From positions 1,178,001-1,242,000 of the forward strand of contig NW_002060954.1 of assembly GCF_000150275.1 (NCBI RefSeq): 64,000 nucleotides of DNA, written 5' to 3'. A model generated the notes under the pieces. It worked only from the letters and a program-made list of their open reading frames with translations, was not told the DNA's origin and ran no database searches. Positions 15,001 to 28,416 of the stretch are shown one piece after another. This DNA comes from Trichoplax adhaerens (lineage: Eukaryota; Animalia; Placozoa). The stretch's first letter is position 1. Each line of letters begins with the position of its first letter. The translations under genes were made by a program, and so were the position numbers.

Positions 15001-18000
15001 GAAATGAGGAAAAGTCTGCCAATTTTAACATATACTAATCCTAATATCGTTATTTAATGTCACAAATGCGCGTGTGTAAATTTCTGTTAAGAAGTCAAGG
15101 CCAGTATCATAAGACCTCTTTTGATAAAATACAAAGTTTTTTTTACTCATTCTGCGGGAATAAATTATATTTTTGTGTCCGAGATTAGAATTTTTATAAG
15201 AATTAGCAATCACGAAGGGAAAAGAGTAATTTAAAATGAATTTTTATTAGGTTTTAGACACACGTATACACATATCTTAGAGAGTGAAGCTGATAATCAA
15301 TAGTCGGAAGAACTATAAATTTTTGAAGTAAATTTAAAACAGCAATTGTTTGGAATCAATAATGCAGTTATCCCATTGCTTGCCATGTATCAGCGATACG
15401 AAAAGATGGAAAAAGAGTTAAAAGCAGTTTAATCCGTAAGAGCGACTTCTCTTAGTGTTGGCAATAGGAAATCGCCAGTAGTGGAGTGGTACCGTAGGAA
15501 AATGCTGAGGAAGACAGGTCGAACAGTAGATGGGTAGTGGTTAATTTCACGTTTCCAATTTTGATTTATATGATGACAATTACAGTAATAGAACTTTCTA
15601 ATAAGGGATTCTTTCGCTCCGTAATGTGATATCTGTTACGATGTTACCTCACCGTTAGGGTAGTTTAATAATTACAGTAGTAACTAATATGGAAAATATC
15701 CATATTTATAGTACCAGGGAAGATAAGTAAGGTCTTAACGTGGATATTATTTGTGATAGTTTATTACATATTTGATATTGATTATTACTATGTATAGATA
15801 GTAGTAAGATGATTCAAATTCTAGCTATTGATACTTGAATTAGACAGCATCCACGCTTAGATTAAGATTAAATATGAGTAAGAGATTAAAAATATTTACT
15901 AATAGAAAAGCTATGTAAGGAATATCTCAGTTCGAGATATCTCTACTAGTAAGGTATAAAAATAATACTGTTGTTATTTACAAATTAGGGAGTTTCTATA
16001 TAAACGGGAACTTTTAAGTAGAGTTGTGTGGTGAAAAGTTGTAGATGTGTCTATACTAATAAAAGTTCTATCTTTACGGTACGTCGCTGTGTGTGTTTAA
16101 CTTTTATTAAAGGGGAGTTTAAGTCAGTAATTACTTATAGACTTTTACTGTACGTTTCCTTGTCCCAGAGATGAAATTGTTTAATTCAACTAGACTGATT
16201 CTAGCACAATAACAATTTATCCAAAAGTAATATTATTCCTTTCTTGCATATGGTTGATTTACAAATTCGTGTATTAAACTTATGATGATTCTATTTTGTA
16301 ATTTGAAGATTGAGAACAAAAATTGATATCATAGAATAGAAGGAATCCTATATCTGATATTACCTTTTATTTTAAAATATGTTAAACTGTAATACAACTG
16401 ACATGTGACATTTCGAAAATGAAGCGTACAGAGGTTTCTGCAATAACAAAATATCGCGTACGCAAAATTAGATTATTCTTATGTTGCCTAATCTAATAGG
16501 TCAATACTTCAGACAAGGGCTAAGCCTAAAACCAGTGATTCTCCGATATTTCTATTTATAAAATATATTCCACTACACTAAATGATTTATTAGAGGCATT
16601 GATGAAATTTGGAGGTTACAGTCATACTATGTGCAGTATATAGCTTTTGTAGAACTATGCAAAATCAGGGTACTAAAATTTGAAACTGGATACGATTCTT
16701 CACAAAATAATATACGAGTTTCATGCACTTAAAATCAATCAATGTTTTCAATTTATTACACCATCTGTTTGTGAATTAACATAGATGCATAAGTCTTCTT
16801 ATATCCTATTTTCGTAAACTACAGTATCTTATTTTGGCAAGACAATATGCTGCATATAGCAAGATTTAATCTTCTGGATCGATCAGTAATTGGAAAAATT
16901 AAACGTATCACAATAGAATTTCCTTTCATGATTAAGAATCGATTAATATTGCCAACTTTAATGCAGGTTAAGATCATATAGATTTATTAAAGTGGCAATA
17001 CTTAAAATATGAATATTGAAGGAGTGTTCTAAATTTTAATTTTCGAAAGATCGTATTGCAAAGGGATAATACAGTCTTATCAGAAAGATACTAAACAATA
17101 TCTTTATTTCGGCTATCTGTAGTAAGAATTTCTTTATTATGCTTGTATTGGGAAATAACGTATTCATATAGGGGCTATTTATGTATGCAAGCGTAAAACA
17201 CATTATAAATTACTTGGTGACACATGGCCTAAATTTATTTTTAATAATTAAGATTTTAACACTTAATCCAAAACATCTGTTACTTTTTTCTGATTAATTT
17301 AACTTATAAGTATGAGCAATTGCACATATATATATGAATTAGATGTAAGCATTAAATTCGTATTTTATCAAATCACGGCAGTTATTCAGCTTAATCAGCT
17401 CAAATTGCACGATTTTACGATCAAATAATATATCAAAGCAGATTAATGATATGGATATGTAACTTCCAGTTGGTTGGTAAGTCACTTTGAATATTTTTAG
17501 TTTAAGTACCATTCCAAGGTACTTTTTAAGATATCAATACATCGCTGTCTCTATCCATCGTAGATTGCTTAGCAGATAAATAGTAGTCGAAAGATTCTTT
17601 TTAACCAGTGTATAGCGTAATGATTCTATTGCAATTAATCTATCACTTCATTAATTTTTTTGTATTGAAAATGTATAAAATAATATAGTACTCCGTAGCT
17701 TAAATTGTAGTGTACTATGCATATCTTGATTGGATAGTTTGATAACTTCAATCTTGCTTAGAATATGTAGCATACTAGGTGTTACAATTAGGTTTTAAGT
17801 CGCTTGGTAAGGGAAAGATCTACTGCAGTGCCTCACTTACTGGTGATAGTTACGCAGTCACTGAAATCTCTTTAAAGACAACTAGTCATTAAACTATATT
17901 ATTTAGTACTTAAACTGGATATCACAATAAAGATCCAGCAAGATATGCGCCTTGAGAGAGTTCAGGGGATTAGTCAGACCTTTTGCGATCTGTAACAGCC

Positions 18001-21000
18001 TGTAAGATTTTCGTAATAATCTTTGCTGTAACATTAATATTTTTTAATCTTCGATCTTCTTATCGTAGTCGCCATGATGAAGTGTATAGGACATTTTACG
18101 ACGTACTGTAATTTAATATATGTTAAAGGCCTATCGTACTTATAGCATTAAGTTTTTATGTCACAATTGCTGATTAGAAATAATATCGAGTTGCACACAA
18201 TATCTAGCATCGAAATTATAACCCTAGGCGCTAGTTGTAGGCGTACATCTGTAACGTATCATGATATCCATTTTTTTGAGGGAACTGATATGCTTACTTT
18301 CCGTTTTAATATATGCTGGCTTGATTACAATTACATCAGAGTACCAGCTCCGTTGTTTAGCTTTGAAATCTATGCTGAACTTCTGAATTTATGCTATAAT
18401 TATCACCGAAATATTAAAAAATTTATAGTTATTCACAGGCATACAAGTGATACAACTCGCATTAATTGAATTGTTCAAAGTATTTGAAATAGCACGAATC
18501 ATTGCTATCAAATGGCGAATAAATTATAAGAAAACACCGTTGCTTTGGGATATACTAAATGAGATACGTTGGTTAAGGGGGTAGACTAATAAATTCAGTA
18601 TCGTTACTATTCTGTAGTCGTAGGAGCAATTTAACTGATCAAATACGATCCAAGATTTGAGATTGAAACCGAATCAACGAAATATTTATGAGAACTTTTA
18701 GTCCATATAATTTTTGTATTATTTGAATTGGCTTGGCTTGCAATCCATACGGCTCTTGGATTTTTGTAGTATCATATCTAATTACGCTAACGACGCCTTA
18801 GTAACGAATTGCTAGCTAATAATCACAAGAGAAAGACTCAATCGCATTTTGAATCTTTTATTGTAATAATATGATAATATGAGATTACTTCAGATCAAAT
18901 CAAATCATTTTATAGGTGTAAGCTCACATGTTTATCGTTAAAGATGAGCACTCAAGCAATTTAGTGAAATTCAACCTATCGCAATAGATAATATATAGTC
19001 GATTAAACTTCTAACATATATTCTCTCAATGAATTAATGTTTTCTTATTTCAAATGATACATGAGAGAGCTTGTTGTTGCTGCTATCCTGAGCAATGCGG
19101 CTATGACATACTGTATGACTTGGTATATCAAATGCTATAATTTACAAAAATAGAGGTTTAATTTTTAAAGGCTGGATAAACCCTTCACGCATATCGATGT
19201 TCATAAATAGTACGAACGTATTATGTCCGGCTACTCGTAATAATTTTTAGATAATGGTACAATCACTCTCAGGCATAGGAGCCTAGATTCTGGCTATTTC
19301 GATTCTTAGATAATGCGAAGTTATGCGGTTTGATATGCTTTCAAAACGGGATATTAGTCGAGCTAATCCCTAATTAGAGTTTGGATTCATTTCTGTTTTT
19401 ATACAATTAATTTACTAATGGGATGGATTGCTAACGAATATCGAATGTACGATATTGTAATACTACTAGCATACCATTGCAGTAATCTAAGAACAAGAAT
19501 TGCGTATAACTAATTTAAAATAACAAGATCAGTGTGTCGTATCATATTTTGATTAAGATTTGATCAGAAGCGAGTAAGAAAGGAGAATTACGACATCTCA
19601 AAATCTACAAAACATACTACCGTTGTATTAAACCTCAGCTTGTTAATAGTATCACAAAGGATGAGAACGGTTTGACTATTATCTACCGGTAATTTTCTAT
19701 CTTCTGCATATAAGACGGAAATTTACTGACTTTAAAGCGCTAGGCTTAAAAATACGTCAGTAAAGGTCAAAATTGCCATCTGTTTTTATTCCCGCTAATA
19801 TGTTAATTTAAACTAGTTATAGTTATTCATTTGTTAAGGAGATATTAAAATTGCCTTTGGAGATAAATGACTATTGTTAAATTTATTATACTTTGAAACT
19901 AATTGAAAGTAAACTTCCATCAGTAACACAATTGATATCTCAAACAATATTAGATAATATCAATTTGATTTATCAATTGTAATCTGCCTATCAATAGAGA
20001 TCATCTGTTGAACTGCCTGTTCATGCCTAAGTGGATAGACATTAGATATGAAAATTAAATGCTAAATTATAATATTAAAACTTGCAATGGTACATCATTG
20101 CTTGTCAACCATGCTTCTTTAAATACTAAAAATTCTCCGAAACATAAGGGTTATACAGTGTTTTAAACTCATATTTCTTGGTATATATATGCAGTAAAAT
20201 TATACTCATTATTCAAATTTATAAAAACACAGTAACAGTAAGAGAAGCGGATAGATCAAGACTGTTTTAGAAAAAGTGATCATTTAACTAGACAAAGATC
20301 ATTAAATTTGATTGAGTAGGTGGTCCAATCAAATTTATTTGATCGCAAACAATTCTACTAAATCACTATAAACACGTATGACTGATAGTTGAATCCATGC
20401 TGTTATCATATCATAATACGACTGTTATATGAATTAAAAGGCCTGTTGGTAATGAAATATCAACAAATATTATATTTTAAGGTCATCATTTTAAAACAAA
20501 TGCACATTGTATTGAATTGTAAGAAAATCATTAATTTACAAAATGTAAAAATTATACTAGTAGTCCTTTATTGATTAAATTTAATATATGAAAATACTTC
20601 TTTGATATTAACATCATAAAAAATGGTAAGACATAAATAGTTATCAGAGTAAGAGTGAACCAAATGTTATTTTATCTCCTAACAGCTTTAAAATTAAAGC
20701 CTATGAATGTTTATCGAGTGTAGTAAATAATACGATATCTGGATCAAAATAAGCCTATCAGTATTTTGCGTTCACAATGCTGTTATTGAGTTATAGATGT
20801 ATGTAGTATTGATTAAACCAATCAAATTAGTTAAATCGATTTGATTAGCTTGATTTATCAAGTAGTACAATTTGTCAATCTGAGTAAGTAAAATTCTTAG
20901 AAATGTGATTTAGAAACATTTCCTATTCAAGGAACTGATGAAGCAATTGATTAATTAAATATTGATGATAATGGTAATTTCGATACTGATAACATCTCTA

Positions 21001-24000
21001 CGGAAAGCATCATAATAAATGGCATCTAATAAGAGTTAATGCTGATGCCTAGTTATTAATAGGAATAACGAATAATGGTTGCATGATATTATTTGTTTTA
21101 TTGATCAAACAGTCATTAGTATTCTTGCTCTGATTATAGGATCAAATTTTAAGCTTCTTCCCAAGTACTGCCGACCTTAAAAGAGAGGTCTTAATCGATT
21201 TCTTCAGAAATTTTCAAGAATATTCCCATAAAAAAGTTTCTATCAAGAATAGAGGAAACATTTAATTCAAGTAAGTGAGATAAATTATGATTTGTTAATG
21301 TTCAATGAATATAAAAGAGATGGCATTTCATTGATTGATCGAACAAATTGAATATAAATGAGTAAACAGCGGTTATTATATTCATACTACCATCTGTAGC
21401 ACTTTTATTATGAATTTCTTGGACTATGTTAGCTATAACATGCATCAGCCTTGACTATATTATTGTCATTATTAACAGATCGATCAATACCATCTTGTAT
21501 TTTACTGTAAGTTGAACTTGAGTTTTATTGTTTACCGAGAGCATACCGTAATTTTTTTAATATTACGGTATTACTGGCTTCATATGATCATTTGACAAGA
21601 TGACAACGAATGCAATGTAAAACAGTAATAAATTTTTAATACAGTTATAAATTAGTTGATACTAATTCTATAATTACACAAACCCTTTCTCGCACGTGGA
21701 TTAGTAGACTTTCTACAAGCTAAAATAGATAACAATATGCATATATTTTATATGGCTACTTTAAAGACGGATAGATTTAAACTAAGCATTGATGTCGTAA
21801 AGATAGACAAGGATTTACTTATCAGCTACTAGTATCGTTCTTTGCAAATCTTACAGCCTTGATATATTTTTAAAGTATCTCTGATATTTATGAGCGAAAG
21901 ATGTATAGGAAAATCATTTCAAGCAAAATACATACACATGTCTCCAAATAAATCATGAGAGTTAAAAGAAATGATTTAAAATCTATTATGAAACTACCCG
22001 TATGGTTAGTTTTATTGTAAATGTATATCTTGAAGATCAAGTAGAATAGATTGGCTACAATGTACTTGCTGATTAGTCATTGTAGAAAGAATTTTATATA
22101 ACACCAAGCGCTAATTAATACGAAGATACAACTATCAAGTGGCAAGATTAACCTTCAGTATGATGTAGAGCATCTTCATCGTTTATAACATTGTTTTCTT
22201 TCTTATAAGACATTAGTTGGGCATAGCTAAATTGCGAATTCAAATAAGAAGAGAATGGATTTCACCAATTAATGTAATCATTCTTTTTCATTTTAAGAAA
22301 GACATAATCACAATGTGACCAATTTTTCTTTCAATCGATACTTAGACAAATTGTCTACATTGATTAAGTGATACAGCCTAAGGGATTCAAGTATTATGTT
22401 TATCCGCTCTTCGTATTGAGTATCTTAACTTTTTTCGCAACACAATGCCCAGGCTAGGATAGATATAAATTTATAAGTAATGAAATCTTGTCTGCATCTG
22501 TATCGATAACGTAATGTTTATCGAAAAATTTGGATAACTTAGAATCGTAATACATGGAAATAGATTTTAAGAAAGTCATTGAAGGATTAAGCTTACATTT
22601 ATACTCGCACGTGCAATGATAGCAGTAGATCATGAAATTCATCTCATAATAATTTCATTAAATAGATAAGGGTTTATTATTGGATAATAATGCAATGTTG
22701 ATGATTTTAAAGACTATTTTGATATTAAATGGGAAACATAGCTCAAAGTGTAGTAGTGTGAACCATTCGATTGCATAAATTTGAAAAGAAATCAAATCAA
22801 TCAACAATAACATTATTCGATAATATTTTTATTACCCTTAGTATTTTAATTTCCTGATGTAGCAAATAATATTAATGATTATGATAAAATCTTCATATAT
22901 TATATGTAGCCAATAATTGATGTTGTCAATCAATTCGCGATAATATTTGTTGAAGTTTCTTTAGTAGGAATACTTCTTACCACAAAGACATTCGTTGTTT
23001 AACATTGCTCATGGTAATTATGCTTAATCACATCATTTTATTGTTGAGTTCAATTGCCACTTGACATGATCGATTGTCTAATTTTTTTGATATTTATTGA
23101 TCTATTTAGCCATGATTGCCTGCTACTTCCGATCACCTATGACAATAATAACACATGGCTAATCGGTTTTTTTAATCAATTTATTTTATTTGTTTACTCT
23201 TACACACGCGCACTATTAACGTTGTACAAGATCTTTTCTTATATTTATTTTTCATAATTGTTACATTTTCGACGCTTGCACCTGTACATTAGACCATGAT
23301 TTTTCGTTCAATTAATTATTTTCAATTATTGAATTAAACATTGAATTTTTGTTACTGTGATTGAGTTCATACGATAGGAGGGGTAATTGGTAGGGTTTAA
23401 ATCTGACAAAAATAGGTTAAAGTCAATCTATTGGAGTTTTTAATAATGACAATTTTATGAATATAGAGTTACTAGTTAAGTACGCTCATTTTTTTACCTT
23501 TGACAAACGATTTTTTATGATTTATGGGTATATTTAGCTAGGAAATGGTAAGGGATAGTGAAATTTAATGTTGTCATTAGTTATCGAGTTTAATTATGAT
23601 ATCGTAAGATTATTGGCCATTTTAAATGTAATATTATCCCTGATCATCTGTAAATGCTAATACAGTATGTTTAGTTACAATTGCCATTAGACAAAAGATG
23701 TTGAATATGAAAAGTATCACTTGAATAGGACTGAGAGAAAATCAATTTCACATCTGTTCTGCACCAACTTGGCATACTATAAGTCTATTAATTGTTTTAT
23801 ACTCTTTTTAATTTGTCTTTTATTATTTTCATCGACATTCACTTATAAATAATAAAGATAAAATCATTTGATATTTCGAACAAAAACACAATTTTAAGTT
23901 TTTAATGGCAAAAATCGTTTTGTTTTTATTGAATTGTACTATGAAGTAGATCTTATTGACTTCTCGAGTATATCCATGAAGCAAGTTGCTTTTATTAACT

Positions 24001-24081
24001 ATTCATGCAATGTTATCTTATTCGATTGAATTAACCTTTACCTCGATGCAAGCAAGCATCATTACGAGGATCATCGTAACG

Positions 24082-24106
24082 GTTGCTATGGTTACCCATG
24101 GTAGAC
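24082..24106. promoter_or_regulatory. Overlapping RFX X-box-like motifs upstream of Delta
   Basis: GTTGCTATGGTTAC (24082-24095) overlapping GTTACCCATGGTAGAC (24091-24106); both resemble the X-box GTTRCYATGGYAAC. Confidence 0.4.
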
Positions 24107-25989
24107 GTAGCCTCATTTGTATGCAATAAATTTTCATTCAGGTGGTTAACAACGTTGCGATTGATGTAAAATTATACCTGCTGGAACTTTCACACACTAT
24201 TTACAATTGTTGTACAGATGACGTGATTTTACATCCGATAAAGGAAACAGAATTCATAGTAGTTAATTTTTCTGTTAAATAAATAAAATATAATAAAATT
24301 GTTACAACTGCATCTAAAGTAGTCGGTACGGGCTAATATAGTGTAGTTGTTGCCGTTAGTGACACACGACAGGAGAAATTAATCTATTTATTAAGTAGAT
24401 AATGCTATTAAAAAGAAGACACTTGATATTAATTCATCTATTCCATAATTTTAAAGATTGCTTCGTTTTACAGTTAATAGGATAGTAAATTTTTGGTTCT
24501 AACATTCAAATAGAGTTTGTGCATCATATCATTATTTAGCCATATTATCGGTGGGTGATACAGGTTGAACACAAAATTACGGCGTCATTAGAAAGTTGTT
24601 CATGGATAGAAATATTTCTATTAAATAGATTTAATGACCTTATTTTTAGTTGACAACCCCCACTTATTTGCAAATTGTATTCAAATGCTATAGTATCAGG
24701 GTGATTATGATTGATATCATGAGTACCCCGATTATCATTCCAGATGATAGGATTGCTATTGGGTATTACTAATCTCCCTTGACTGCTCCATCATGATTAT
24801 ATAACACAATTACTCGATATTTTAAATCCCCCCTTATGTGATATGATGAAATGGATAGCTACTATTCTATAAGCGTCAATATATTTTAATTGGAATACTT
24901 AAAACAATGGTCTCTATTTATATGCGGTGATTTTAAATCGGGATATTAAGTAAAAAATTTGGATAAATTTGTCAGCGATTCATAATGCATGCTGTAAGAT
25001 CGCATCAAAGTAACATTGATGTATCTACACTAATTATGATTATCCTTACCATATTTGATTCGACATCAACTTAAAGTTAATAAAGATTAATCAACTATTA
25101 AAAATTGATAACTGACGTTATTATTGAAATATCGCAATTTAACAAGTTGAAAAATTATATAAACTTTTGTAAAAATATTTCTCTATTGACAATAGCTTAT
25201 ACCAGTTGTGACTTGATTGAATTAACATTGACCAACTGTTCATCATGAATAACAAAGATTGGGACGGTCTTGATTTCACCATCATCTTACGTTTAAGTAA
25301 AATCAACAAGTCAAAACTGAAAAACTTTAACATTTGTGATCATTATTTCTGTACTAGTATGACTAGAGCTAATATGTATTAGATGGTTTTGTTTATCAGG
25401 CTTGTTATGTTATTATGGTAGTTGTTGAAGTTCAATCAGGATGAGGGCATCCATTGCTGTACTTTAATGGAATTACGCAAGTTTTACCTTTTTAATGTTA
25501 TAATATCAAATTCAGAAAGCGAGATAACTTCGTAATTTAACTATTACTATTCGCTATTTTATTCAGAAAAATTCGGCTTAAGCAAGACCTTATGTAACAT
25601 GTTTATCATATCGTTCTGCATTAGGGATAATTTTTCATTAGTAAATTGTTTACGCGTACATATACTATAAAAATCATGCAGATCATCTAGATTCAACTTT
25701 TTTCCCACTCTATCACCATCTCTACATCAACAATATCGTTGACCCTTTCTAAATGTGACTATCAACATGGCCAAATTGAAGATAACTGCGCTATTGGATT
25801 GCAAGATAGAGTCTACTTATCTTTTAAATCGTTCATTTTTTACTCTTAATGGATTTTATGTAAATATGCATACAGTAGGCTATCTAGAGCTACTATTACA
25901 ATATTTGTTATTCCAGGCTAAATGCTGTAAAATATCAATTAGGTACCGTAGAACAGCAGTTGATCCTGTATGACTAGTATCAAGTGTTG

Positions 25990-26440
25990 ATGACTCGCAG
26001 CAATCAATATTGACGTAGAAACGTCAGCTGAGATGTTGCTACACGTGCGGCCCATACAGTACGTGCTAAATACTATTTAAAATGTTATACTTCAATCCCG
26101 CTCAATACTATCAACTGACTCGATCAAGGCGGTCTTGCCACGACGTCACAACTCGTGACACGTGAAGCACAGTCTGCAATCTGCTCAGCACCATCGTACG
26201 CTCATCATCTGTCTTGAATTAGATCAGTCTATTGTATAGAGATAATTTGTAGTAATCTATTAAAAGACCGCCTCCAGACATAAACTAACACTACTAACAC
26301 AATAGAGACAATTATTATTATTGAAGAAGAATAGAAGGCGGAGTTCAAGAGAATAACTACAAAGAATCTATTGAATTGAATAGTCAATTAACTGTATTGT
26401 GTTGTAGAAACATCCTCTATACGCGATATGTATATAAAGA
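25990..26440 (+). promoter_or_regulatory. Putative Delta promoter: TATA box plus E-box/N-box/CRE-like cluster
   Basis: TATATAAA 26431-26438; CAGCTG 26025-26030; CACGTG 26042-26047 and 26159-26164; CTCGTG (N-box CACGAG on -) 26152-26157; GACGTCA 26142-26148; locally raised GC/CpG. Confidence 0.5.
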
Positions 26441-26459
26441 CCGGCATGAGTAGTCGATG

Positions 26460-28416
26460 GAGTAGTTAGTAGCATTATAGTGTTGATAATCTACAACTGT
26501 CGAATCGACAAGGAAAGAGAAAATTTAGGAGAAAGAGAAAGGGAAAAAATTTTGTAAACTAAACTACACTGATTGATTCATCAAATTATTGAACAAGCTG
26601 AATGACCTGGTCTAACTTGTCGCCGCTTTAATTGGTATTGTAGTGGTAAGAAATCATCCAACGATATAAATAGAGGTAGAGAAAAAGCTTCAACGAGTGG
26701 ATAGTGCTTTCTCATAATAAGGAACATAAGTTTTCATCACATACAAACATAAATCAACTTTCAAAGTAGTCAAAGTGGAATGTTATATTAGATGCACACT
26801 TGAATCATTTCGAGCAATCGCAACAGCCATTGGATTGGACTAATCACTAATAAAAACACACGCACTGATCATTATTGAGCTGAGTTTAAACAAAAAACGA
26901 GGAAATCTACTCAATATTGAAATATATTATACGAATGATAGTAACTTGCTCAACTTGATATGATTGAAAACAAGACACCGTCATCAAATTAAAATCGATC
27001 ATCTTTGGCGGCCATTATTTTTGATTATATTCAATGCAACTTTTCAATTACCTGGAAATTTTCTCTATTTTAATTTAACTTGATTTACACCATTTTTTTA
27101 CACAGTACGTTACCTCGCATAGATAAGCATCGTCAAATCTATATAAGAAGTTAATCATAGCTCTATTATCATAAAGTAGACAAGTCCTAGAACTATTAGA
27201 CCGTTAAAATAACATTGTGGAAATTGGATCATTGCCAAGTTATTTTACTGTAAACTGATATCAACCAGTACAGAAAGATTCTAGCGATCAATTACATTAT
27301 TGCAAGGTAAGCTTTCTTATTTTCATATCATTAAGTAAGAAGATTGAATACCGTAACTGAGCTAGACCATTAATGATCATTATGAGCCAAACACTTATCA
27401 CATATCAATACTAATCTCGAAAGTCATACTTTTTTCTGCGGTTAAATTTTGACAAAGATGCATGTTATTAATGCCCTAAAATATCATACCACATCAATAG
27501 TGCATTATAGTCATTTACTTTATAACCTTTAGAGTTTCCACAACTGAGTTACAAATCACGATGATTAAAATAGTGTTATGCTATTTTGATATATAAAAAA
27601 ACTATAATTTTTGATTTATTCTATCTTGTAGTGTATTGATTTAATGGTAGTCACTGTATTAAGTTGTTGTCATCCAATCGAAATGACTACACAGTCATCA
27701 TAGGAATATTTTCATGTATTTCAATAACTTCTTTTACCATTGAAACAATATTAAAGCGCCGATGACAATTAAATTGTACAAGTTTTCCTTACAATCGATT
27801 TTTATTTTAATTTTTCTTTTTGTATTGACTCCGTTTTTAAAGCTTGGCTGAGATTTTTAATTAATTTTCCCTCGATACTTTTTAATGTCGATCAGACAAC
27901 AACTTATCATCATCATTTAAATACAGATGCATTCTATAAATTGTTATATTTGTAATACTATCATCATCATATTACACGATCATATTTCAATTATAATATA
28001 AACGGAAAGTCTTTGCTAGATTCTACTCTTGGGATCGAATTCGTATTGGGTTAGAAAGTATTCACTATTTATCTTGAATTTAAATTTCGCCATATTACAT
28101 CAAACAATTTTAAAGAAGCTCTCTATACTTGATATTAGTGTCTTGTAATCATCGATTCATCAAAATATATTTTCTTAGTCTTTACTTTCGGCCTCTTAAT
28201 CAGTTTTTCTTCATTTACTAAATTGTCCCTGATTGCTTTCTTTATTCTTTTTACAGAACATTACCGATAGCGAAAAATTGATTAAAAAAATTTAAGCTAT
28301 CGATTAAAATAGCTGGTATTCCGTTTAAATCTAGACAAAATTTCAATAGAAAGACTGTCTAGTTCAAATTTGCTTCGATTGATTGCTAAGTTCCATTTTC
28401 CAATAATTCAATCAAG
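26460..28416 (+). other. Predicted spliced 5' UTR of Delta: exons ~26460-26645, 27106-27306, 28257-28416
   Basis: Donors GTG|gtaaga (26645) and AAG|gtaagc (27306); pyrimidine-rich acceptors ...tttttacacag| (27105) and ...ctttttacag| (28256). Exons 2 and 3 contain no ATG before the start codon. The TSS is inferred from the TATA box. Confidence 0.55.

Noticed and set aside
6893-25973. Short ORFs of 60-103 aa in the upstream desert (e.g. 18158-18469)
   Set aside because: No recognisable domains, I/L/F/Y-biased composition typical of random AT-rich DNA, and no consistent splice-site chain.
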